This document shows positions 25,120-34,924 of a DNA stretch of 64,000 bases, in pieces. This stretch comes from an uncultured Bacteroidales bacterium (lineage in GTDB: Bacteria; Bacteroidota; Bacteroidia; Bacteroidales; P3), in NCBI GenBank assembly GCA_937886715.1, contig CAKZZD010000020.1:20591-84590 (forward strand), given 5' to 3'. How positions within the stretch are numbered: the stretch's first letter is position 1; every line of letters starts with the position of its first letter. The notes below the pieces were generated by a model. That model searched no databases. It had not been told where the DNA came from and saw only the letters and a program-made list of their open reading frames with translations. A program made the position numbers and the translations under genes.

Positions 25120-26103
25120 ATGACACTAAACATAAAACGCTACCGCCGAGCCCTCGTCACCGACGACCGTCGCATCGTCTACCACAATTTCTGGGACGGG
25201 CAGGCTGCCGAAGTGATATGGTTTACCCAGTTTCTTCGCGCCCACCGTCTGCTGGACGGCCATCGCACTCGCCGGTTCATCTTCTTCTCCACATTGGGCA
25301 ACGGACAGGTGCTGTCAACCGACCGTCTGCTCCACCCCTTCAACAAACAACGCAAGCGAATCTTCTTTACGGGCGAAAATGTCCACCATCCTGCCTTCTG
25401 CCAATACGCCGACAACATGCTGTCGCAACCGGACATCGACCTCTCTTTGGGATTCGACTACATCGACGACGATCGCTACCTTCGCTTCCCCATCTGGATT
25501 CTGGAAATGTTTCCCCCACAATCTACCGTCGAAGACATCAAAAACATCTGCCAACAGCTCAGCCACCAACACGTCGACGATTCGCGCAACCGGTTCTGTG
25601 CCATCGTCTCCGGCACCAGCACCATGCTCGGTACCAAGAGCCTCGAGATGCGCACCGACATGGTGAACCGGCTCAACGCCATAGCCCGCGTCGACTGTGC
25701 CGGCCGCCTGTTGAACAACACCGACGAACTAAAAACCAAGTTCAACGACAACAAAGCCGAGTTCCTCAAGCAGTACCGTTTCTACATCTGCCCAGAGAAC
25801 GCCTCTGTCAAAGGCTATGTCACCGAGAAAGTCTTCCACTGCATCGGCTCCGGCTGCATCCCCATCTACTGGGGATCCGACAACAACCCCGAACCCGACG
25901 TGCTTAACCACGATGCCATCCTCTTCTGGAACCCCGATGGCGACAACAATGCCTTGCTACAACAGATTGCAGAGCTGCAAAACAACCCCACCCGCTACCG
26001 CGAATTCTTCGAGCAGCCCCGTCTGCAACCCGACGCCTGGCAGGTAGTGGCCGCTTACTTCGACAGACTCGAACAACACCTCAACAAACTATTCCAATCG
26101 TGA
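25120..26103 (+). CDS. GT10-family alpha-1,3/4-fucosyltransferase-like
   Basis: FYICPENASVKGYVTEKVFHC matches the GT10 signature (F..ENS...YVTEK). The upstream FTGEN and CAIVS motifs are also present. Confidence 0.7.
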   Translation: MTLNIKRYRRALVTDDRRIVYHNFWDGQAAEVIWFTQFLRAHRLLDGHRTRRFIFFSTLGNGQVLSTDRLLHPFNKQRKRIFFTGENVHHPAFCQYADNMLSQPDIDLSLGFDYIDDDRYLRFPIWILEMFPPQSTVEDIKNICQQLSHQHVDDSRNRFCAIVSGTSTMLGTKSLEMRTDMVNRLNAIARVDCAGRLLNNTDELKTKFNDNKAEFLKQYRFYICPENASVKGYVTEKVFHCIGSGCIPIYWGSDNNPEPDVLNHDAILFWNPDGDNNALLQQIAELQNNPTRYREFFEQPRLQPDAWQVVAAYFDRLEQHLNKLFQS

Positions 26104-27044
26104 CCCCCCGCTTCTCCATCGTCATACCTGCCTACAACGCCGAAGCCTACCTGCAGCCATGCCTCGACAGCATCTTTTCGCAAGACTTCCCCGACTTCGA
26201 GGTCATTGTTATCGACGACGGCAGCACCGACGGCACCGCTGCCCTGCTGCACCGCTACCCACAGGCGAAGGTCATCCGTCAAGAAAACCAGGGCATGAGC
26301 ACCGCCCGCAACCGCGGCATCGACGAGGCCCGAGGCGAATACATCCTCTTTGTGGACAGCGACGACCTCCTCACCGACAACGCTCTTGCCGCGCTGGCTC
26401 CCCAACTCGCCGGCGAAGACATCGTCGGATTCAACTGCCAAAAGCTGCTCGAACCTTCAGGCGAATACACCTGCCACCCCTCCATCAGCGAACCCGAGGC
26501 CTCCGACGGATGGACCTACTACAACCGCCACCGCCTCACCCCCACCGACATCCACTTCGTCTGCATCTGGCAACGGGCCTACCGGCGCCAGTTTCTGAAC
26601 GAGAACAACCTGCGCTTCGCCGACGGCATCCTCCGCGCTGAAGACGACCTCTTCACCACCATGGCCATGCTCGCCGCCCAATCGCTGAAAACCATCACCC
26701 CCTGCCTCTACACCTACAGGGTACATGCCAACAGCATCACCACCACCGTCGACCGACGTCGCTTCGACGACAGCCTGAAAGTGCAACACATGCTCGCCGA
26801 CCGATTCATTCCCTTACAAGGCATCGACAAAACAGCCATCTATCGCGTGCTGGCATCGAACTACATCAACCTCTTCTCGCACCGCACTCAATCCCTCTAC
26901 GGCAACATCGACCGTGAAATGAGCCGTTGGATCAACTGGAAACAGTTCCGCACCGTCTGCATCACCCCCCGCCATCGTCGCCTCTACCGCCTCATCCGCC
27001 TCCATCCTGCCCTGTTTCGCCTATTCGAACACCTTACACGCTGA
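26100..27044 (+). CDS. Glycosyltransferase family 2
   Basis: The GTG start overlaps the upstream stop. It contains FSIVIPAYNAEAYLQPCLDSIFSQDFPDFEVIVIDDGSTDGT and VDSDD. Confidence 0.85.
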   Translation: MTPRFSIVIPAYNAEAYLQPCLDSIFSQDFPDFEVIVIDDGSTDGTAALLHRYPQAKVIRQENQGMSTARNRGIDEARGEYILFVDSDDLLTDNALAALAPQLAGEDIVGFNCQKLLEPSGEYTCHPSISEPEASDGWTYYNRHRLTPTDIHFVCIWQRAYRRQFLNENNLRFADGILRAEDDLFTTMAMLAAQSLKTITPCLYTYRVHANSITTTVDRRRFDDSLKVQHMLADRFIPLQGIDKTAIYRVLASNYINLFSHRTQSLYGNIDREMSRWINWKQFRTVCITPRHRRLYRLIRLHPALFRLFEHLTR

Positions 27045-27132
27045 TTCCAAACAATTTGGAATCGATTTTCACCACATGACAACCCCATCTCCCCTCCATA
27101 CCATCTCCATATCATCTCCTGCCACAGTAGGA

Positions 27133-27189
27133 GTTGGTAGGTACATGACTAGGTGTTGGTAGGTGCATGACAAGGTGTAGGTATTGACC
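27133..27189. repeat. 22-bp tandem direct repeat x2.5
   Basis: The units are gttggtaggtacatgactaggt, gttggtaggtgcatgacaaggt and gtaggtattgacc, ending 27 nt upstream of the MBOAT start. Confidence 0.85.
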
Positions 27190-27215
27190 AACCCGCACCT
27201 GCCCCACTCCAAGAT

Positions 27216-28631
27216 ATGCTGTTCACATCGATTGAATTTTTGGTTTTCCTTCCAGTGGTGTTTTCCCTCTACTGGCTGCTGCGCAAGCGACTCCAGTGGC
27301 AAAACCTCATGGTGGTGGCCGCAAGCTATCTCTTCTACGGCTGGTGGGACTGGCGTTTTCTGCTGCTCATAGCCTTCACCACTCTCTGTTCTTTCACCAG
27401 CGGTCTGCTGATCAAGCCCGAACGAAGCCGCCGCCACAACATGACCATCATGTGGCTCAATATCGGCATCAACCTGGGCATATTGGGGTTGTTCAAATAC
27501 TACGACTTTTTTGCATCAGAGCTGGCCAGTCTGCTGGGATGCAATGGCGACAGCGTGATGCTGCACCTGATACTGCCCGTGGGCATCTCGTTCTACACTT
27601 TCCAGGCGCTGAGCTATTCTATTGATGTATACCGCGGAAAGATGGAGCCCACCCGCGATGTGGTGGCATTCTTCGCATACGTAAGTTTCTTCCCCCAGCT
27701 GGTGGCTGGTCCCATCGAGCGCGCCACTAACCTGCTGCCACAGTTCCTGCGACGACGGGAGTTTGACTACGGAATGGCTGTCGACGGCATTCGCCAGATG
27801 CTGTGGGGCTTCTTCAAGAAGGTGGTGGTGGCCGACAACTGTGCCATCTTTGTGGACGAGGTGTGGAACAACATCGGCGGACACAACAGTCTGGACTTGA
27901 TCATGGCTGCCGTCATGTTCTCCATCCAGATATACTGCGACTTCTCTGGATATAGCGACATCGCTATCGGCACAGCCAAATTGTTTGGCATCAAGCTGAT
28001 GCGCAATTTCAACGTCCCCTATTTCAGTCGTGACATCGCCGAGTTTTGGCGCCGCTGGCACATCTCGCTCACCACTTGGTTTCGCGACTATGTCTACATC
28101 CCTCTCGGCGGCAGCCGCGTGGCAAAATGGAAGGTGGTGCGCAACACCTTCATCATCTTCTTGGTCAGCGGATTCTGGCATGGGGCCAACTGGACCTTCC
28201 TTGCGTGGGGTGCTTTCCACGCATGCCTATTCCTGCCTCTGATTCTGCTTGGGAAAAATCGCAGACATACCGACACCATCGCCGAGGGTCACTGGCTGCC
28301 AAGCCTGAAAGAGCTGGGACAGATGGCCTTGACCTTCTTACTGGCAGCCCTGGGATGGATACTTTTCCGCAGCCAGAGCATCGGTGAAGCCATCGACTTC
28401 TACACCGGAATTGTCGGAAACGGATGGTCGGGATTCAACCCGCCAATGCGGGCCATCCTTTTTGTGGCTTTGATGCTGGTGGTGGAATGGCTGCAGCGCG
28501 GACGGAGCCACGGACTAGATATGAATGGCGTTCGCTATGGCGTGGTGCGCTACGCTTGCTATCTCTCTGTACTGGCGTTGATTTTCATGTACGGTGTCTT
28601 CAACGAGACCTTCATCTATTTCCAATTCTAG
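27216..28631 (+). CDS. MBOAT-family O-acyltransferase (AlgI/DltB-like)
   Basis: It contains MLFTSIEFLVFLPVV, many TM segments, FWRRWHISLTTWFRDYVYIPLGG and GFWHG. Confidence 0.9.
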   Translation: MLFTSIEFLVFLPVVFSLYWLLRKRLQWQNLMVVAASYLFYGWWDWRFLLLIAFTTLCSFTSGLLIKPERSRRHNMTIMWLNIGINLGILGLFKYYDFFASELASLLGCNGDSVMLHLILPVGISFYTFQALSYSIDVYRGKMEPTRDVVAFFAYVSFFPQLVAGPIERATNLLPQFLRRREFDYGMAVDGIRQMLWGFFKKVVVADNCAIFVDEVWNNIGGHNSLDLIMAAVMFSIQIYCDFSGYSDIAIGTAKLFGIKLMRNFNVPYFSRDIAEFWRRWHISLTTWFRDYVYIPLGGSRVAKWKVVRNTFIIFLVSGFWHGANWTFLAWGAFHACLFLPLILLGKNRRHTDTIAEGHWLPSLKELGQMALTFLLAALGWILFRSQSIGEAIDFYTGIVGNGWSGFNPPMRAILFVALMLVVEWLQRGRSHGLDMNGVRYGVVRYACYLSVLALIFMYGVFNETFIYFQF

Positions 28632-28634
28632 ACA

Positions 28635-29567
28635 ATGAAACGGTTTCTGGTCAAAACGGGCATCACCATAGCATCATTACTGGTACTGGCCTACGGATTG
28701 GACTGGCGGATTACCTCCCGACTCCGACATTCCGATGCCAGAATGTTCGACACCTATAACTCCATCTCCAACAGCAGCCTGAAATGCAACACCCTCATTA
28801 TGGGCTCATCGCGCGGACAAGTGCAATACTCACCTGCCATCATCGACAGTATCACCGGACTTAACAGTTACAATATCAGCGTTGACGGCCGTTGCATCGA
28901 TGCCGAAGTGACCATGTACAATTTCTACCTTCGGCATTGTCCCAAACCCAAATTGATAATTCAAAACGTCGACTGGGGCACATTGCTGATGTCCAATGGC
29001 TACGAACGGGAACAATACCTGCCCTATCTGCGAAACGATAAAGCGCTATACAATGAGATTAAAGACCGGGAAAGCTACACTTGGGCCGACCATTATCTGC
29101 CTCTTATACGATATGCTGGCTATCATGAAACCATCAAAGAAGGCTTGGGCTGGTCCAACAAGCTAGTCCATCCTGGTAATATCGAAAAAGGGTACATCGC
29201 CACAGATATGCAATGGAATGGCGATGTCTTCCAAACGATTGACACCATTGATTTTGCCGTCAATCCCGAAGCGCTGGTCATTTTCGAACGATATCTTGAA
29301 AAGTGCAAGGACGACGGCATCCAAGTGATATTGGTATTTGCTCCGATCTACATTGGCGTCACCGAAAAAATGGGGAGCGCCGCCGACTCCATGTTCGCTT
29401 GCTACCAGCAGCTTGCCGACCGCTACAGATATCCCATCCTCAACTATACTTACGACAGCCTGAGTCTCGACACCCTCAACTTCTACAATGCCAGTCACCT
29501 GAACCGCCATGGAGCGGAGCAGTTCTCCACCAAGCTGGCTCACGATTTGAAGAATCTATTGAAATGA
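28635..29567 (+). CDS. Membrane-anchored accessory protein of the MBOAT acyltransferase (DltD/AlgJ-like role, inferred)
   Basis: It has a single N-terminal TM and the motif LIMGSSRG, and it sits immediately downstream of the MBOAT gene. Confidence 0.4.
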   Translation: MKRFLVKTGITIASLLVLAYGLDWRITSRLRHSDARMFDTYNSISNSSLKCNTLIMGSSRGQVQYSPAIIDSITGLNSYNISVDGRCIDAEVTMYNFYLRHCPKPKLIIQNVDWGTLLMSNGYEREQYLPYLRNDKALYNEIKDRESYTWADHYLPLIRYAGYHETIKEGLGWSNKLVHPGNIEKGYIATDMQWNGDVFQTIDTIDFAVNPEALVIFERYLEKCKDDGIQVILVFAPIYIGVTEKMGSAADSMFACYQQLADRYRYPILNYTYDSLSLDTLNFYNASHLNRHGAEQFSTKLAHDLKNLLK

Positions 29568-30670
29568 AAAAGATACTTGTTGTTTTCGGCACACGCCCGG
29601 AAGCCATCAAAATGGCCCCTTTAGTGAAAAAACTGGGATGCCGCCCCGACCAATTCGACATGAAAGTCTGCGTCACCGGACAACACCGCGAGATGCTCGA
29701 TCAGGTGCTTGATGTGTTCGACATACATCCCGACCACGACCTCAACATCATGCAGCCCAACCAGGACCTCTACGACATCACATCGCGCATCCTGCTGTGC
29801 ATGCGTGATGTGCTTCGCGAAGAGCGTCCCGACCTGGTGCTCGTGCATGGCGACACTTCCACCTCGACATTCGCTGCTCTGGCGGCTTTCTACCAACAGA
29901 TTACCGTAGGCCATGTGGAAGCCGGCTTGCGGACGGGCAACATCTACAGCCCATGGCCCGAAGAGATGAACCGGCAACTGAACGGACGGCTCTGCACATG
30001 GCACTTCGCCCCCACCGAACGGGCTCGCCAGAATCTGCTCAAAGAAGGCATCGCCAAAGGGCACATCGCCGTCACCGGCAACACCGTCATCGACGCTCTG
30101 CAATGGGTAGCCTCTTCGGGGAAGGCCAAAGCACCCGCCTTCGGACGTGACGAAAGCCGCCGCATGGTGCTCATCACAGGCCACCGCCGCGAGAACTTCG
30201 GCGACGGCATGAAGCATATTTGCCAAGCCATCAACGACTTGGCGGAGAAATTCAACGACGTGGACTTTGTCTACCCCATCCACCTCAACCCCAACATCCG
30301 CCGGGCCGTACGCAGCATCATCGACGACAGTCGCCATAACGTATATCTGCTTGAGCCCCTCTCGTATCTCGAGTTCGTGGCCATGATGCAGCAGAGCACC
30401 CTGATACTCACCGACAGCGGTGGCATCCAGGAGGAAGCCCCTGCCTTTGGCAAACCCGTGCTGGTGATGCGCGACACCACCGAACGTCCCGAAGCCATCG
30501 ATGCAGGCACTGCACGATTGGTAGGCACCGAGCGTAGCACCATAGTGGACGCCGTAACCGACCTGCTCACCAACGAAGAATCCTACCACACCATGTCCCA
30601 CGCCGCCAACCCCTTCGGCGACGGTCACGCCGCACAACGCATTGCCGACTTTATTGCCACGCATGAGTAA
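29564..30670 (+). CDS. wecB: UDP-N-acetylglucosamine 2-epimerase (non-hydrolysing)
   Basis: Frame of ORF 29303..30670, with the real start MKKILVVFGTRPEAIKMAPL at 29564 (ATGA overlap). HVEAGLRT and DSGGIQEEAP are present. Confidence 0.9.
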   Translation: MKKILVVFGTRPEAIKMAPLVKKLGCRPDQFDMKVCVTGQHREMLDQVLDVFDIHPDHDLNIMQPNQDLYDITSRILLCMRDVLREERPDLVLVHGDTSTSTFAALAAFYQQITVGHVEAGLRTGNIYSPWPEEMNRQLNGRLCTWHFAPTERARQNLLKEGIAKGHIAVTGNTVIDALQWVASSGKAKAPAFGRDESRRMVLITGHRRENFGDGMKHICQAINDLAEKFNDVDFVYPIHLNPNIRRAVRSIIDDSRHNVYLLEPLSYLEFVAMMQQSTLILTDSGGIQEEAPAFGKPVLVMRDTTERPEAIDAGTARLVGTERSTIVDAVTDLLTNEESYHTMSHAANPFGDGHAAQRIADFIATHE

Positions 30671-30705
30671 TAAGAAAAACATCTGAGTCATAACTCTATG
30701 AAAGA

Positions 30706-31665
30706 ATGACACTCTTTTCCGTCATCATGCCACTCTACAACAAGGCGCCCTACGTCCGCAAGGCCGTGGAGAGCGTTGTGGGACAGACCTGTAGGGACTG
30801 GAAACTCATCGTGGTCGACGACGGCAGCACCGACGGCGGAGGCGATATCGTGACCTCAATTGCCGACCCTCGCATACGGCTGGTGCGACAGGAGAATGCT
30901 GGCGTGAGTGCCGCCCGCAACCGGGGAGTGGTGTTGTCCGGCGAGGCGGCCTTCAGGTCGCCATATATCTGCTTCCTCGACGCCGACGACTGGTGGGAGC
31001 CTACCTTCCTCGAGGAAATGGCCGTCCTCATAGAACGCCGCCCTGGCGCAGGCATCTACGGCACAAGCTACTGGATTGTCAAGAACGGTCGCAAGCGGCT
31101 GGCACCCATCGGAGTGGAAGAGGGATTCGCAGAAGGCGAGATCAACTACTGTCAGGTCTATGCACGTACACTCTGCATGCCGCTGACCAGCATCACGGTC
31201 TGCATACCCCGCAGGGTGTTCGACGAGACAGGGGGATTCCCCTTGGGCATCACCCTCGGCGAAGACTTCCTGCTTTGGCTGCGCATAGCCCTAACACACA
31301 AGACCGTAATGCTGAACAAACCCCTTGCCAACTACAACCAGGACGTGGGCATCGCTCACCGCGGAACCCACCACCTGCACCCGCCTGAACGGCACATGCT
31401 GTGGCAACTTGGAGAATACGAGCCATTGGAGAAAAGTACCCCCGACTACAAGCAACTCATCGACAACCTCCGCACTTACAGCCTGATGAACTACCTGCTG
31501 GACCACCGCTACCGCAATGCCGCACGCACCGAGCTGGCCAAGGTAGACTGGAGCCGCCAGCCCGCCATGACTCGCAGACTGTACCAACAGCCCGTCTGGG
31601 CACTCCAACTCAGGCAACACATACTGAAGACGGGTTCCCGCATCAAACAACACCTCAAACGATGA
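30706..31665 (+). CDS. Glycosyltransferase family 2
   Basis: It contains FSVIMPLYNKAPYVRKAVESVVGQTCRDWKLIVVDDGSTDG and LDADD. Confidence 0.85.
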   Translation: MTLFSVIMPLYNKAPYVRKAVESVVGQTCRDWKLIVVDDGSTDGGGDIVTSIADPRIRLVRQENAGVSAARNRGVVLSGEAAFRSPYICFLDADDWWEPTFLEEMAVLIERRPGAGIYGTSYWIVKNGRKRLAPIGVEEGFAEGEINYCQVYARTLCMPLTSITVCIPRRVFDETGGFPLGITLGEDFLLWLRIALTHKTVMLNKPLANYNQDVGIAHRGTHHLHPPERHMLWQLGEYEPLEKSTPDYKQLIDNLRTYSLMNYLLDHRYRNAARTELAKVDWSRQPAMTRRLYQQPVWALQLRQHILKTGSRIKQHLKR

Positions 31666-32666
31666 AAGTCCTTATCGACCCTGAAGACGACATCCAATAC
31701 ATTAGTTTCTACATCAAGGGACTCATCGACCGTTTTGGCCATTCGAGCGTGGCTTTCAACCTTCACGCCTTCTACGACCTGCCCACCAACGACCGCGCCA
31801 CACGCACCATGCGGTTCATCACGAAAGACGGCAGACGCGAAAGGCGCTATGTCATCGACACTAACGATAGCTACAAGATTAACGAAGCACTCTACGACTG
31901 GTGCGATGTCTACGGCAGCGTCAACACCAACCGGGCCAAGACCCCGGCAAACCAGCAGGACAAGCTTGTATCCCTCTGCCCGTCGTTCGCCATCCGCTAC
32001 ACCAATCCCCTTTGGGCATGGTTCTCAGCCACCCTGGGGGTGATTGGCACCAGCCGCCCAAAGCGAAAATACCTTGGCTGCTGGCGGAGGATGCTGCAAC
32101 GTCCGCAACTGAAGGAATACACCCCGCATCAGGCGCTCGACAACTACATCTTCCACCTCTCCACCCTGTGGCAGAGCGACGAATGGAACCGCAACAACGA
32201 GGGCGTCAACCTGCGCCGGGCCTATTTTATCAGGGCCTGCCGGACACTGAGTCCTGAGGTTACCTTCGAAGGAGGCCTCGCCGCCTCGCCCGGCAACCCC
32301 TCGGCCGCTCTGTTCTCCGACTGCCTCGCGGGACGTATACCCAGCCATGTATGCCTCGCCAATACCAAGGACTCCACCCTGGTATTCAACACCCCGGCCT
32401 ATTGGGACTGCCACGGCTGGAAGCTTGGTGAATACATGGCCCTCGGCAAAGCCATCCTCTCCACCCCCCTGTCCAACGACCTGCCCGCCCCACTGATTCA
32501 CGGCAAACACATCCACATCACAGGCGCCACACAGGAGGAAATGGCCGACTCCATGAAGTACATCCTTTCGAACAAAGAATACAGGCACCAACTGGAGGCC
32601 AACATCTACGACTACTGGCAGCACTACGGCACTCCAGACGCCTCGCTGAAACTATTAGGAATATGA
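31662..32666 (+). CDS. Putative GT-B fold glycosyltransferase
   Basis: Frame of ORF 31401..32666, with the real start MKVLIDPEDD at 31662 (ATGA overlap). The C-terminal GWKLGEYMALGKAILSTP resembles the GT1/GT4 sugar-donor site. Confidence 0.45.
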   Translation: MKVLIDPEDDIQYISFYIKGLIDRFGHSSVAFNLHAFYDLPTNDRATRTMRFITKDGRRERRYVIDTNDSYKINEALYDWCDVYGSVNTNRAKTPANQQDKLVSLCPSFAIRYTNPLWAWFSATLGVIGTSRPKRKYLGCWRRMLQRPQLKEYTPHQALDNYIFHLSTLWQSDEWNRNNEGVNLRRAYFIRACRTLSPEVTFEGGLAASPGNPSAALFSDCLAGRIPSHVCLANTKDSTLVFNTPAYWDCHGWKLGEYMALGKAILSTPLSNDLPAPLIHGKHIHITGATQEEMADSMKYILSNKEYRHQLEANIYDYWQHYGTPDASLKLLGI

Positions 32667-33385
32667 TACCCAAAACAATACATTACTGTTGGTTTGGCCG
32701 TGGCGAGATGCCGCAGCTGGCCAAGGACTGCATCGCCTCGTGGCACCGGCACATGCCCGACTGGCACTACAAGCTCTGGAACGAGGACAACTTCGACGTC
32801 GACAGCATCCCTTACACCAAAGAAGCCTACGCCGCCGGGAAATACGCCTTCGTGACCGACTATGTGCGCCTCTACGCCCTCAGCACCGAGGGCGGCGTGT
32901 ACATGGACACCGACGTGGAGATACTGAAACCCCTCGACGACCTGCTGCACCTGAAAGCATTCACCGGATACGAAGGAAGTAAGCACAAACCGCCCGTCAC
33001 AGGACTGATGGCAAGTGAACCTGATGGAGAATGGGTGACTGAGCAACTTAATGATTACGTCGACGTTCATTTTATAAAGGATGATGGCTCCATGGATACC
33101 ACCACCAACACCCAACGTATTTCTCGTATTATGATGTCACATGGATTTATACCCGATGGGACATTGAAACAATACAAAGACCTGACCGTTTTCCCGACGG
33201 ATTATTTTTGCCCACACCAAACCACAGGCGAATACCTTAGAACAGAAAACACATACTGTGACCATCATTTCATGGGTTCATGGAACGACATGAAAGGGAG
33301 TGGAATGACAGGGCTTATCAGGAAAATGATCGGCTCGAAAGGAATGATTTCCCTGATAAAACTGAAACGTAAAATAATAGGGTAA
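32663..33385 (+). CDS. GT32-like glycosyltransferase (OCH1/capsular Gly_transf_sug type, DXD)
   Basis: It contains IPKTIHYCWFG, FVTDYVRLYAL and GGVYMDTDVE. Confidence 0.8.
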   Translation: MIPKTIHYCWFGRGEMPQLAKDCIASWHRHMPDWHYKLWNEDNFDVDSIPYTKEAYAAGKYAFVTDYVRLYALSTEGGVYMDTDVEILKPLDDLLHLKAFTGYEGSKHKPPVTGLMASEPDGEWVTEQLNDYVDVHFIKDDGSMDTTTNTQRISRIMMSHGFIPDGTLKQYKDLTVFPTDYFCPHQTTGEYLRTENTYCDHHFMGSWNDMKGSGMTGLIRKMIGSKGMISLIKLKRKIIG

Positions 33386-33391
33386 ACAACC

Positions 33392-34795
33392 ATGATACAA
33401 TATCTGCCTAAAAAAATATCGCAAACGGCAATATACCTTTACTTGGCGCTGCTGACTGCAGTGACATTGTTTTTCATGAACTATGCCATGTCGATCACCT
33501 ACATTGTCATGGGCATCATGTGGGTAGTGGGATTTTTCATGTTGAGCTCATTCTTCAGTCAGCAGTGGCTGGATATCCCAAGAAAAGCATTCATAAGAAA
33601 TGTCTTTCTGATGGCTCTCGGGCTGAGAGTGGCATGGCTGATTTTCAGCTATTTCTACTATATCGCCAAAACAGGAAGTCCTTTTGAATTTTCGGCGGGC
33701 GACTCTATATGGTACTACGAAGAGAGTATCGCAAACCAGCATGCCCATTTGGCTGATATTTGGAAATATCTTTTCGTAACGGCAAGTACTGTTTCCGACT
33801 CAGGATACGTTTTCTACCTATCTCTATTAAGCAAAATCACAGGCGAGAGCATTATCCTACCAAGATTTGTCAACACTTTGTTCAGTGCTTGGACCTGTAC
33901 TCTCATCTACCGTGTGGCCTCAAGAAATATCGGAGAAGAAGGGGGAAGATTGGCCGCTTTGTTTGCCTGCTTCATGCCAAACTTGATATTCTATTGTGGG
34001 CTGCACCTGAAGGAGACCCTAATGGTTTTTCTGACAGTTGCTTTTCTTGAACGTACCGATTATCTTCTACGAAGCAAGAAATACAATATTTTTACCATCG
34101 CCGTTCCTGCTCTATTAGCCATTACGCTATTCACATTCCGTACGGTTCTTGGGGCCGCCGCAGTTTTCTCTTTTATCACTGCACTGGTATTTACCAACAG
34201 CTCAATCATAGGGCGAGGAAAACGTATAATGCTCATCGGATGGGGATTGTTGGCAATCCTCACTATTAGTGGAGGCACTATCATCAATGAACTTGAATCC
34301 TCGTGGGTGGACAAAGACACCAATCAGATTGACAAAAGAAATACACAAACAGCCCGCGGTAGCCAGTGGGCAAAATATGCTACCGGAACAGTGATGGCAC
34401 CTTTGATGTTTGTGCTCCCGTTCCCCACGATGATCGACGTGGACCAGCAATACACACAACAAATGCTTCACGGAGGAAACTACGTGCGTAACTTCCTTGG
34501 CGGCTTTGTGCTCCTTGCCGTGTTCAGTGCCCTGTTTATCACCAAAAACTGGCGTAATCTTTCGCTTCTTGGTTCATTTGTCATTGCCTACTTGGGCATC
34601 GTCTCGACCAGCGGTTTCGCCAACTCGGAACGCTTCCTATTGCCAGGTTTGCCCATTCTGCTCATCATGGCCGCCTACGGCGTGACTTTGCTCACAGAAA
34701 AAAACTACCGTTTCATCAAAATATGGTATTGGATAGTCCCCATCATGGCTTTTGGCTGGGCCGTGTTCAAGCTTGGCTCACGCGGCCTATTATAA
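33392..34795 (+). CDS. Polytopic membrane protein, possibly a GT-C (ArnT/PMT-like) glycosyltransferase or polymerase
   Basis: It has about 11-12 hydrophobic segments and a loop motif GDSIWYYEES after the first TM hairpin. No motif strong enough for a firm family call was seen. Confidence 0.4.
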   Translation: MIQYLPKKISQTAIYLYLALLTAVTLFFMNYAMSITYIVMGIMWVVGFFMLSSFFSQQWLDIPRKAFIRNVFLMALGLRVAWLIFSYFYYIAKTGSPFEFSAGDSIWYYEESIANQHAHLADIWKYLFVTASTVSDSGYVFYLSLLSKITGESIILPRFVNTLFSAWTCTLIYRVASRNIGEEGGRLAALFACFMPNLIFYCGLHLKETLMVFLTVAFLERTDYLLRSKKYNIFTIAVPALLAITLFTFRTVLGAAAVFSFITALVFTNSSIIGRGKRIMLIGWGLLAILTISGGTIINELESSWVDKDTNQIDKRNTQTARGSQWAKYATGTVMAPLMFVLPFPTMIDVDQQYTQQMLHGGNYVRNFLGGFVLLAVFSALFITKNWRNLSLLGSFVIAYLGIVSTSGFANSERFLLPGLPILLIMAAYGVTLLTEKNYRFIKIWYWIVPIMAFGWAVFKLGSRGLL

Positions 34796-34797
34796 TT

Positions 34798-34851
34798 CTA
34801 ATCAGATTTATCACAAATGATTCTTTTATAATCTTTTACAATTTGATTGAG
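34798..34851. repeat. Third copy of the cassette inverted repeat (full right arm, stub of left arm); a further degenerate right arm lies at 34889-34908
   Basis: ctaatcagattt ... tcttttataatcttttacaatttgattgag, and further on tcttttagttctgattgtg. Confidence 0.8.
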
Positions 34852-34924
34852 AAGAAACAAAACGACTCAGAATGACTTCTTCGTGCTTTCTTCCCTATTC
34901 TTTTAGTTCTGATTGTGATATAGA

